64,000 nt of DNA from assembly GCF_009914755.1 (NCBI RefSeq), contig NC_060929.1. One strand, written 5' to 3'. Positions within the stretch are counted from its first letter, which is position 1; every line of letters begins with the position of its first letter. A model generated the notes under the pieces. That model was not told the origin of the DNA and did not search any database. It saw nothing but the letters and a program-made list of their open reading frames with translations. The stretch is from the human T2T-CHM13v2.0 reference genome, Homo sapiens. Shown piece after piece: positions 44,280 through 56,300 of this stretch. The position numbers were made by a program, and so were the translations under genes.

Positions 44280-44776
44280 ATGTAGAATAAAGAAATCTGG
44301 CAAACACAACTTTAACCAAGTGGTCAATGTTAATATCACTACCGGTAGGTCATGTTGCTGTCTTGCACTCCCTGTAATATGTGATGAGAACATATTTCAT
44401 ATCTGTGGACTCCCTCCCCAAAACCCATAATTTCAGGCTAATCATGAGAAACATCTCTTACAAATTAAACTGAGGAACAGTCTACAAAACACCTGGCACA
44501 GTCTCCTTAGGAGGCTAAGGAGACATGAAGACTAAATGCAATACAGTTTCTTGGAATGGATCCTGAAACAGAAAAACGACATTAGAAAAACTAGTGAAAT
44601 CCAAATAAAGCCTGTAGTTTAATTAACAGCAATACTATTAACGTTACCTTCTTAGTTTTGACAAACGTACTAAGATATTAACATTATAGGTGAAAGGTAT
44701 AAGAACTATCTATACTATCTGTAGCTTTGATATAAATCTAAAATTATTCCAAAATTTTAAGTTTATTTAAAAAAAT
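44280..44776 (+). mobile_element. L1MC-type 3' fragment
   Basis: GACTAAATGCAA...GGATCCTGAAACAGAAAA...CTTAGTTTTGACAAA...AAATCTAAAATTATTCCAAAAT. Confidence 0.75.
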
Positions 44777-47700
44777 AAGGAAATTATATTTATTTTTTCA
44801 TTATAGGAAAAGCTATCACATTAACAACTTATAAAGATGATCTGCTCTAATTAGAGAGATGGGGAGTATTTACCTCCTCTCTTTATTCAACAGAGATCTT
44901 CCCATTCATAAGGAGGCAAGCTTGAGATAGCAGTGAGTCTATAATGCGCAAATGTTATTGATAACATGTATATTCATTTAAAGGTAGTATTGCACAGGTA
45001 GTGTAAACAGTGGGCCAAGCTCAGGTATTGGAACCACAAAACTAATCTCTAGTATCCTCACTCCACGATATAGGCTACATGACTTTTTCAAGAGTTTTTT
45101 ACTTGGTTCGATTCTTTCATCTATAAGACTGGAATATGATAGGCCTATAAGACAGGGACAGAATGAAAATATATATTAATGCTAACTAAATGGTAGATGG
45201 TAACTATTTGGGGTCATTATTTACAATGAGAAAAAGGAAGAAAAAAATGTATTGTGAGACTGTAACATTGGCAACAATACTTTTAACCTTTCAATTCAAC
45301 ATTGATGGTGCAGGAGTGATGACAGAGTCAAGAAGCAAGTAACTAGACACTTCCCTACAGAAAGTCACAATAATTGAGCCATTATTGACCTTTGCAAACA
45401 ATTACTTATCTAACATCCTCCCTGATAATATTTCCCTTTCTGTCCATACAAGAATACAAGAATTATACATTACATTTTGAAGTATACGTATACTCTCTAT
45501 TGTCAAAAATAAGGGGAAAACAGATTTTTTTATGTTGCAAACAAGAGTAGTTTCCAGTGTTCAGGGTTAGCTGGATTCCAAATGTTCCCTTCTATAAGGG
45601 CAGCAAGCTTGAGACAACAAGTCTAAATGTGCAAATGTTACTGATGACATATATATGCAAAGGAAGCATTGCACAGCTAGTGTCAATGATGGCAAAGCTC
45701 AGGTCTTGAATAGCATTCGAAACATGAGAAAGTGAAAACCAAGTCAATTATACACTTAAATTAATGTAGAGAAGAGCCTTCAGTGATAAGCTTGTGATAG
45801 GCTAGAATGCTAGAATGGAGAGCAGATAGCCAGTTCTTCAGGTTTCAGCTCAGGGATTTCATTATCAAGGAGGAATTTCCTGCACAGCCAGCCATCACTC
45901 TGCCCAGATGCCTTTGTCAACTGACAACTCCCTGCAGGTTTTATTCATCCCTGAATCTCAGGGCCTAGCTTTGGCACATATAGCAGGCAACATATTCATC
46001 TTGGCCAATCTAAACTGAAACTTTGTGAGGCTTTGAAAAAACGCGAAACACTGATTCCGGATTATTGGAGAACTGTATTCTATTCTACCAATATTTCCTT
46101 TTGTGGTTTATTTTTCCTCTAGTGTAATCTCTTTGCTCTCTATTCCTTTTTTTCTCCCAAGCATCATTGATAATCTTGCCCCATTACAAGAATACATATA
46201 TCCCCCTACTAAATAAAAGTTATCCACTTAAGTATGTTTTTATCTGTGCTTCTTATACATCATTATGGCAAAGTAAATGTAGCCAAAGTAAGTCTTTCCA
46301 TCTCCCAAGATTACTCCATTAATTTATGGTTAATTTCACTAATTTCAATTTGTCTTCAAGTGGTTTGCAATGAAATATTTGTAATGAAAATATGCAGGCA
46401 TGCTTAGTTGGGGAATTACCTTCATATTCCACATGAGCCCATGCCTCTCTTCACTGAGGCTCTTCCAGCCTCTCAAAGGAAATGAAATGGGGGTGGGGAA
46501 AACCAGAGTGAGGGCAAGCTTTTAAAGAATTGAGTGGGTCATGGATGTGCTGACCTTCCTGGAATGACATATTCTTAGTTTGAAAAGGGATATGAGCTGT
46601 GGGTAATTTGCAAATGAATGCATCTGCAAATGAATGAATGCATCAAACACAATGAAAACATTGTGTCCGAGATTATACCATATTGCTCGTTGCAGCAACT
46701 TCCACAGAATTTGTTTCTTCACCATCTGCACCAGTTCTATTACACTATTGGACACGAGGCCTTGAAAAATGCCAGCCACTAAGAATATCTTGTGAAAGGG
46801 GCTGTGTGAACAGTTATTATGCTTGTGTTACTTCCTTAATACCCTTTTTGATGAAAAAGAAGAAACCTACATCAGAAGCAGCACTTAAAATTCAGTTTGG
46901 AGAGTCTTCTGGCCTCCACTGAGTAGCTTTTCCCCCTAATCTCTTTCTTCTTTTCTTCTTTGTTACGTAATAACACGTTTGGGCTAAGAGAAAGCTAAAT
47001 TCTCACACCCATCTCTAAGGAGCAAAAGCTTACTTTTAAGGGAATAAATGAATAACTTCATCATCTAGATTTTACAACAGATATAAGTATGATCTAGTAA
47101 TGACATTTTAATATTGACATATATTATCCACAATGTACCTTTTTTCACTCCACCAAAGTACTCACCTTCTCATAATTTCTTGCTTATGAGCAATTGAATT
47201 CCAATTGCATTTTTTTAAGTAACTGTATTCCTTTCATACATATCTAGTTTGATGATTGTATGTCAAAACTAGCACTAACAAAGCTAACTAAAATACCTAA
47301 GACTGAATTAATTTAACTACTTTCCATAGTTGGGCCTACACCGGAAAAATGGGAAGGATGCACCCTTGGTTGCCGTTGTGTCTCTTATTTTCAGAACATG
47401 TGTTTGCTGCAGAACAGTGGGTTTTACCTCAACAGACTCCTGGGCTCCAAATCCTAAATTTATATCCTGGGCCCTGCAGGTAAATTTTTGATGGCATCTG
47501 TGTGTTTCTGTAATGAGATCCATAGCATCTGCAATAGGTACTTTCCCCTTTGAAATGTGCGTTCAAAAGAAAAAACAATACATTGAAAATTAAAGAAAGT
47601 ACACAAGCATGTGTTGTCATTGCTTTGATAAAAATTCCTTCAGGAGTCTGGGAAATGGGTTTGACCAATTCACTACACTACTCAAATAAGTCCAGGAAAA

Positions 47701-48053
47701 GGCTGAATTTCTAACAAATCTTTAAACATTTCAAGAGGGTTAATGATTTCTAATCAATGATCCAAGCATTCTCCAGTGTTATTCATTCATTCATTCCTAA
47801 GTGAAATGGTTACACAGTGTTCAAACCAATATAAAACTGTCTAGAGTTATTACACTATCTAAATACTGTGATCAGAGAGTACTTACAAAAGCACTATTTA
47901 TGAAAATGCTCTCACCATCAGTTTACCCAAGACAAGTTGTGTGTCTGTGTTACAGCATAACACAGAGAAAATTCATAAAAAATCCATCCAACAGAGACCA
48001 AGCCCCCTTTCTGGAAAACATAGGTTTCCTTTCCTATTCACAGGTATATTTTC

Positions 48054-48079
48054 TTTTTTTTTAAATTATACTTTAAGTT
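48054..48079 (-). mobile_element. 26-bp L1PA 3'-terminus insertion
   Basis: Reverse complement AACTTAAAGTATAATTTAAAAAAAAA lies between identical 17-mers TTCACAGGTATATTTTC. Confidence 0.85.
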
Positions 48080-49191
48080 TTCACAGGTATATTTTCAATA
48101 ATTTAGTAGGTTATTTGCAGTCTGTAGGCCCCAGTTTGAGGACAGAACACTTCTCTAAAATTTTTCCAACTTTCTGAAAGTTAAATAGCTTATACAAGCA
48201 ATAAGAACAAAAACAGAAAATACAGGTAAACACCAATCTTTTCTGTATTAATCTCAGTTAAGTTTTTTCTTTCCTTCAAATTCAGTTCAAAGAAGATTTC
48301 ATTAGTATATTTCACCAACTCCGTAAGAGTGTATAATTTTAACTACATGGAGGCAAAACAACCTAACAAAAATGTGATTTATCTTTGCTAAATTACCAGT
48401 GTGACGTGGCATTACTTTGTCTAAATTAAGCAGCTATGACACAATGGCTGAAGAATACTACAATGAAAAAGTCATCCATTCCTGCTATTTTGTAAATATA
48501 GGAACACTTTTAAATGCAACCAATATACAATGTTTTAAATCTGTCAAGAAAAACAATTGAAACAATTATGAATTAATTTTAAAAGAATGTTATATATGCT
48601 ACAACAATTAGGAGTAACAGAGGTGGATGCATGAGTGGATAGTTTGCTAGTTTATCTCAATTGAAAAAAATCATACCGTGAGTATTTTTTTCTGGTAAGT
48701 AACTTATAACAGGTTAGTGTATTATTACCGCATTAATAAAGCCTCCTTAAATGACCAAATTTTCCACTATTTATTGGTAAGAGGAATTACATAAACTTTA
48801 CTTGAGAAAGAGTGCTCATGTTAAAAACAATATTACTTTAAACTAAAAAACATGATGAGTTTAAAACAGAATAATGAGGAAAGGGGGAGAAATTCTCAAT
48901 ATATAAATGTGATACCAGTTTCTTACCTATTCTGTTCATGAATCTAATAAAAAATGATATGAAAAGGTTAAATTCTCCTGAACATTTAGAATTTTTTAAA
49001 TGAGTTAAAGGCTGGTATATAGGTAAAATGCGTATCTCTCCCTTTGATGCTTAAACATCCCTTTACTAACTGCTGTGAAATGAAATTAAATGTTTAGAAG
49101 AAAACCCCTTCTTAGTTCATTAATATTAAAAAAGTTAAAATTTTCTCTGGATTTCAAAAATTAAAACATCTTGCCCTTTTATTTCTAACAG

Positions 49192-49495
49192 ATGTTCTGT
49201 TGACTCACACGGAAATGTAGTCACTACACTGCCATTGGTCAACTTTTCATGGGGACATTTGTTAATCCAATGGTGCTTCTGCTGGAGACATGGAGATGAA
49301 CCCACTAGGCACTGAGAAGAATGCAGTGTCTCTTCCCTGCACAGGATTTTAACTTAATATGTATGCTGGGACTGGCAAGTGCCCAAGGGACCCATCTCTA
49401 CCCATTGGCTGTCAGCCAGAGAACAGCCTGGTCTTGGGAGTGTAGATGAATCCATTGGGTTTTTAGCTCCTAAATAAAAAGTTTCATTGTCATTT
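49192..49495 (+). other. Candidate 3'-terminal exon of an unidentified transcript
   Basis: Acceptor CTTGCCCTTTTATTTCTAACAG; unique, more GC-rich body; AATAAA at 49473-49478; downstream GT/T-rich element. Confidence 0.45.
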
Positions 49496-49554
49496 GTGCT
49501 TCTTTTATATTAGTTCATGTTACTTTAGGATTTATCCTTTTATTGGTTCAATAC

Positions 49555-49623
49555 TGAAGGATGGCAGAATATTTCACCTCAAAATATGCTACTTTGACAT
49601 AAGGATTAGATTGAGCTAAAGGC

Positions 49624-49655
<32 letters not shown>

Positions 49656-50075
49656 GTGCAAGAAGGGCATTTTGACCATCCCCTTTATTTCCTGAAAGCA
49701 GGAGATATAACCTTCCTATGGAAGATGTCTTCCCTCTACCAGGAGGAAAGTAACATTCTTATCATTAAGGATGAGAAATTGAGACCCAGAGAACTCTATT
49801 CAAACAGACCTTGTTAAAATTATTCTAATATTCCTTTAGTCTCCCCACGTAGTTTGCTTTTCCACATTGCCTCTCTTTATTCAACCCGGTCTAAAAGCAT
49901 TTAGATTTTGCCACTTCTTTGGAGCTTCATTTCCCTATGGGGGCTTCCATGTCATATAAAAATTACATGAAATAAATTTGAATGCTCTTCTCCTATTAAT
50001 CTGTCTTATGTCAGTTTAATTCTCAGGCTCAGTCAAAAAACCCTAAGAGGGTAGAGGTAAAATTTTGCTTCTACA
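49555..50075 (+). mobile_element. MER34-family ERV1 solo LTR
   Basis: TGAAGG...CAGAATATTTCACCTCAAAATATGCTACTTTGACATAAGGATT ... CTACA; internal A tract expanded. Confidence 0.82.
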
Positions 50076-50354
50076 TTTTTAAAAAGTTACTATATCCTAA
50101 TTTTTACAACCTGCTTTGAATATTTTTAACTTTTATATTTTAATCTCATTACTGTTTTTTATAAACTTAAGTTTTCTATTTTATGGTAAAGATGGTATCT
50201 CATGATATCTAGTCCTTATTCCAAATATTTAATTTTTTTCTTAAATTTATTTTTATCTTATTTACTCTAAGAATAGCAAGCAGAAAACAGAAGAACATGG
50301 GATTCAGCTGGGAAGGGAGTCTTTGACAGCATTTCTTAATCTATCAATGGTGGA

Positions 50355-50710
50355 TGATATGGTTTGGCTATGTCCTCAACCAAATCTCATCTTAAATTGT
50401 AGCTCCCATAATTCCCATGAGTTGTGGGAGGGACTCAGTGGAAGGTAATTGAATCATGAGGCAGTTTCCCCCATACTGTTCTTGTGGTAGTGAATAAGTC
50501 ACACAAGATCTGATGGTTTATAAATGGGAGCTCCCCTGCACAAGCTCTCTTGCCTGCCACCATGTAAGACATGACTTTGCTTCTCCTTTGCCTTCCACCA
50601 TGATTGTGAGGCCTCCCTGGCCATGTAGAACTGTGAGTCCCTTAAACCTCTGCTTAAATTACCCAGTCTTGAGTATATCTTTATTAGAAGCATAAGAACA
50701 GACTAATACA
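50355..50710 (+). mobile_element. THE1B/C solo LTR
   Basis: TGATATGGTTTGGCT ... GACTAATACA; TSD GTGGA/TTGGA. Confidence 0.9.
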
Positions 50711-51190
50711 TTGGAGGACCAGGTTTTTCCCTCAATTTGGGCAGATCCATACTTTCGTACAACACGAGAAAAATAAATTTCTGGAAAATAAAATGAAAAC
50801 AAGGCATGCAAAATAAAAGCCTAAACACTATTGTTACAGTCAACATGATATATTACTCCTTCAGATTGTTTTAAAACTTTCTGGATATTAACTCTCATTC
50901 TATACATCTCTTGTCACGGTCTGGTGTCGACAGTTTGCAACCAGCACCAGTCCGTGATTCGGTCTGTGATTATAGCATGTCAGCTTGCCTCTTTCTCTCC
51001 AGCTGGCCTTTCCTCCAGAAAGTCTCCCTCTCCTGCAGACTAGGTCTGACTTCCCTATTATATGCTCTCCTAGTCCTCTGCATTTCTCCATACCATCAAA
51101 TAATTGAATAATGAATGTATAACCGGTCCTCTAATTTGTGTCTGCCTTGCCCAGAGGACACAAGCTGGATGTTTTTTATGAAGGAGTAAA

Positions 51191-51535
51191 CAGACACGGG
51201 TTTACTTTGAAGCTAATGAAAGATCAAGTTCAGGTCTCATTTGCTGGCAGAGGCACCTTCCACCTCTTCGTGAAAGTTGCAGAGAGTTACAGAGTGTTCC
51301 AGGTGAGAAGGGGGACAGGTTACAATCAGAAAGCATAGCTGTAGAAATATTTTTGGCAAATCCCTTAAAGGGATCTAAGAAGAAAGAGACCCAAGGTTTG
51401 AAGAATATGATGTGGTATCTTTTATATTATAAATAATTACTTCGGCACCTAATTTTATATTTGAAATTTTACATTTTTCGAAAGTGAATCTCCAATTTAT
51501 GTAAGTTTTAAGCCCCGCAAACTCTGGACCTTTGT
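51191..51535. mobile_element. hAT-Tip100 (Zaphod/MER115-like) relic
   Basis: GGGTTTACTTTGAAGCTAATGAA...TTCAGG left end and AGCCCCGCAAACTCTGGA right end resemble recalled termini. Confidence 0.45.
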
Positions 51536-51731
51536 CAAACATTGTATCTCTAATAAATAACACAGTGCCTTGCCTGGAGTTATCAGTCTGTGACTATCCT
51601 CTGAATGAGAAATGATCAAATTATCAGCTAACTGGTTTAAAACTCCTCATGATTCCTGTGAGAAGGTACCATAAGAGTCCTTCATTCATCTCCTAGAAAC
51701 CCTTTACACTAGCCTACTTTCAATAAAGGTA

Positions 51732-52467
51732 CAGTAGGCCCACCTTATCCACAAGGGATGCAATCCAAGAACCCCAGTACATGCATGGAATCATGGGTGG
51801 TACCTGCTATGGTTTAGATGTTTGTCCCCCTAAACCCAACGTTTAAATTTGATCTCCAGTATTGGAGGTAGGGCCTCATTAAGGAGGTGTTTGGGTCATG
51901 GGGGCAGTTCTCTTACGAATGGCCTACTGCCATCTGGCTATAAAGAGTGAGTTCTCACTTTACTAGTTCCCACAAGAGCTGGTTGTTAAAAGGAGCCTGG
52001 CATTTCCCTCCTCTCTCTCTCTCTTTCTTCCTCTCTTGCCGTGTGATCTCTATAGGTGTGGCTCTGCTTCACCTTCCACCATGAATGGGAGCAGCCTTAG
52101 GTCCTGACCAGAAGCAGATGCTGGTGCCAGGGTTCTTATAAAGCCTGCAGAACCAAGAGCCAAATAAGCCTCTTTTCTTTATAAATTACCCAGTCTCGTG
52201 TATTTCCTTACAGCAACACCAAAGAGACTAAGACACTACTGAACCCTACATATACTATGTTTTGTCCTATACATACATACCTATGATAAATTTATAAATT
52301 AGATACAGTAAGAGATTAACAATAACAGTAAAATAGAACAATTATAACTATATACTGTAATAAAAGCTACGTGATTGTGGTCTGTCTCTCTCTCTAAATA
52401 TTAATATATATTAAATATATTGTAATGGACCACAGGTAACTGAAACCACAGAAAGGGGAGATGACTG
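51732..52467. mobile_element. MER44-type TcMar-Tigger element split by an MST LTR
   Basis: TA-CAGTAGGCCCACCTTATCC ... GAACCCTACATATACTATG ... GGTAACTGAAACCACAGAAAG...GACTG. Confidence 0.75.
51805..52235 (+). mobile_element. MSTB1-like solo LTR
   Basis: TGCTATGGTTTAGATGTTTGTCCCC ... GACTAAGACA. Confidence 0.87.
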
Positions 52468-52494
52468 AATTAACATTTACTCTACACAGAATTC

Positions 52495-52760
52495 AGGAGG
52501 ATTTTTAAAACTGTAGATGGTTACCACTTAGTGGTTTGTAAAAATCAACTTAGTTGGTGACGGAATCAGAATGTTTTGGATTTTCTTTTTACAATGGAAT
52601 GGAAGGAATACAATGAAAAGTACACATAGTGCATCACAAGAAGTAAAGGTGTTAGTTCATAAAATCTTTGTGTCAATTGTGTTTGTACATGTATGTGTGC
52701 ACTAGATATCTATGTAAAATGTGTTTTTTACATTTTTTAAAAAACATAAATTTGGGGTAC
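52495..52760. mobile_element. hAT-Charlie-like relic
   Basis: TTTTTAAAACTGTAG...AAATCAACTTAGTTGG...ATGTAAAATGTGTTT resemble a recalled Charlie non-autonomous consensus. Confidence 0.4.
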
Positions 52761-53345
52761 AGGACTTCCTTATATCCTTCTCTGATTAAAAAGACGCATA
52801 GAAGTCACTTAGAACTAAGAATATACCTGAGAGATGTTTTTGGATGGTTTGCTTGCTTTGTTTTGTGTTTTATATTTTACACATATACTCCTTTTTTGAA
52901 TCATCCCTATAAAGATAAATCAGAAACTCTGGTTTTCACGATCCTTGAGAAAGAACATAGGCTTATTCTATGACCTTAAGCATGGGCTTTAAAATGTTTC
53001 TTGACATTTTCAAGAATCTCTTGTACCCATATCCTCAGCTCCTAAAAAATAAAGAGGTTTGCCCTTGTGGCATGTTAGAGTTCACTTTCTGTTTTTTCTC
53101 TCACTGCATTTACTTTGCCTGTGATATCTTCCACAACAATGGTCCTCATGAATAGCCACAGAATGACTTTTGAACCTATGTCTCCAGCTGTGGTCGCTCT
53201 TGAGTTCCAGGCCCTTGTAATAACTGCCTGCCAGGCACATCTATCGAGCAACTGGAACCTCCAGAAACGACAGCGATTACATTTCCAAATAAAACCTACT
53301 TATCTTCTCGCTATACTGAGATTAACAGTTCCACTATGCACCCAA

Positions 53346-56300
53346 TTTTTTTTTTGTTACATGAATAAGCTCTGTAGTGGTGATTTCTGAGACTTTGGTG
53401 CACCCATTACCAGAGCAGTGTACACTGTACCCAATGTGTAATCTTTTATATCTCGCCACCCCCACCATTTCCCCTGAGTCATCAAAGTCCAGTGTATCAT
53501 TCTTTTGCCTTGGTATCCTCATAGCTTAGCTCCCACATATAAGAGAACATACAATATTTGGTTTTCCATTCCCGAGTTACTTCACCTATAATAATGGTCT
53601 ACAATTCCATCCAGGTTGCCATAAATGCCATTATTTCAGTCCTTTTTAAGGCTGAGTAGTATTTCAATATATATATATATCACAATTTCCTTATCTACTC
53701 ATTGATTGATGGACATTTGTGCTGGTTTCATATATTTGCAGTAGAAATTATGTTGCTATAAACATGCATGTGCAAGTATCTTTTTCATATAATGACTTCT
53801 TTTCCTCTGGGTAGCTACCTAATAGTGGGATTTCTGTATCAAGCGGTAAATCTACTTTTAGTTTTTTAAGGAATCTCCACACTGTTTTCCATAGTGGTTG
53901 TACTAGTTTACATTCCCACCAACAGTGTAAAAGGGTTCCCTTTTAAACACATCCTCTCCAACATCTATAATTTTTTTGATTTTTTGATTATGGCCATTCT
54001 TGGAGGAGTGAGGTGGTAATGCTTCTTTGTAGATTCTAGATATTAGTATTTTCTCAGATGTATAGATTATGAAGATTTTCTTCCACTCTCTGGGTTGTTA
54101 ACTCTGCTAATTATTTCTTTTGCTGTGCAGAAGGTTTCAGTTTCATTAAGTCCCATCTATTTATCTTTGTTTTTGTTGCATTTGCTTTTGGGTTCTTGGT
54201 CATGAAGTCTTTGCCTAAGCCAATGTCTAGAAGGGTTTTTCTGATGTTATCTTCTACAATCATTAGGACAGATCTTAGATTTAAATCTTTGATCCATCTT
54301 GAGTTGATTTTTGTATAAGGTGAGTGATGAGGATCCAGTTTCATTCTTCTACATGTGGCTTGCCAATTATCCCAGCACCATTTGTTGAATAGGGTATCAT
54401 TTCCTCACTTTATTACTATTATCATATTATTTTGCTTTGTCAAAAATCAGTTGGCTATAAGTTATTTGGCTTTTTTTCTGGGTTCTCTATTCTGTTCCAT
54501 TGGTCTATGTGCCGATTTTTATACTAGTACCCTGCTGATTTGGTGACTACGGCCTTATACTATAATTTGAAGTTGAGTAATGTGATGCCACTAGATTTGT
54601 GCATTCAAATGTTTTTGATTAGTCTTGCATTGGCTACGTGGGCTCTTTTTTGGTTCCATATGAATTTTATAATTGTTTTTTCTAGTTCTGTGAAGTATGA
54701 TGGTGGAATTTTGATGAGAATTGCATTGAATTTGTAGATTGCTTTTGGCAGTATGGTCATTTTCACAATATTGATTCTACCCATCCATAAGCATGGGATG
54801 TGTTTCCATTTGTTTGTGTTGTCTATGATTTCTTTCAGCAGTGTTTTGTAGTTTTCCTTGTAGAGGTCTTTCACGTCCTTGGTTAGGTATATTCCTAAGT
54901 ATTTTAATTTTTTTCAGCTATTGTGAAAGGAGTTCTTGACTTGATTCTCAGCTTGGTCACTGTCGGTGTATAGCAGAGCTACTGATTCGTGTACATTAAT
55001 TTTGTATCCTGAAACTTTGCTGACTTTACTTACCAGTTCTAGGAGCTTTTTGGATGACTCTTTACGGTTTCTAGGTATATGATCATATCATCAGCAAACA
55101 GTGACAGTTTGATATCCTCTTTACTGATTTTGATGTATTTTATTTCTTTCTCTTGTCTGATTGCTCTGGCTAGGACTTTCAGTACTAGGTTGAATAGAAG
55201 TGGTGAAAGTGGGCATTCTTGTCTTATTCCAGATCTCAGGGGAAATGCTTTCGACTTTTCCCCATTCAGTATAATGATGGCTGTAGGTTCATCGTGGATG
55301 GCTTTTATTACCTTAAGGTATGTTTATGCTGATCTTATTGAGGGTTTTAATCATAAAGGGATGCTGGATTTTGTCAAATGCTTTTTCTGCATCTGTTGAG
55401 CTAATCATGTGATTTTTGTTTTTAATTCTCTGCATGTGGTGTATCACATTTATTGACCTACATATGTTAAACCAACCCTGCATTTCTGGTATGAAACCCA
55501 CTTGATCATGGAGTATTATATTTTTAAAATGCTGTTGGATTTGGTTCACTAATATTTTGTTAAGGATTTTTGCATGTATGTTCATCAGGGATATTGGTCT
55601 GTAGTTTTGTTGTTGTTGTTATGTCTTTCCCTGGTTTTTGTATTAGGGTGATAATGACTTCATAGAATGATTTAAGGAGGATTCCCTCTTCCTCTATCTT
55701 TTGGAATAGTGTCAATAGGATTGGTACCAATTATTCTTTGAATGTCTGATAGAATTCACCCTTGAATCCAACTGGTCCTGGACTTTTTTGTTGGCAATTT
55801 TTTTATTATCTCGCTGCTAGTTATTTACCTGTTCAGATTCTGTATCTTCCTGGTTTAATCTAGGAGGGTGGTATATTTCCAGGGATTTACCATCTCCTCT
55901 GGGTTTTCTCGTTTATGCACATAAAGGTGTTCATAGTAGCCTTGAATAATATTTGTGTTTCTGTAGTATCAGTTGTACTGCTTCCCATTTTGTTTCTAAT
56001 TGAGCTTATTTGGATCTTCTCTCTTCTTTTCTTGGTTAATCTCACTAATGGTCTATCAATTTTATTTCTCTTTTCAAATAAGCAGCTTTTTGTTTCATTT
56101 ATCTTTTCTATTTTGTTGTTGTTGTTTCAATTTCATTTAGTTCTGCTCTAATATTTGTTATTTCTTTTCTTCTGCTGGGTTTGGATTGTTCTTGTTTCTA
56201 TAGTTTCATGAGGTATGACCTTAGATTGTCTGTTTGTGCTCTTTTAGACTTTTCAATGTAGGCATTTAATGCTATGAACTTTCCTCTTAGCACCATTTTG

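Noticed and set aside
48927-48943. 17-nt minus-strand microexon (TTAG|...TAG|GTAAGA)
   Set aside because: Too short to tell from chance in very AT-rich DNA.
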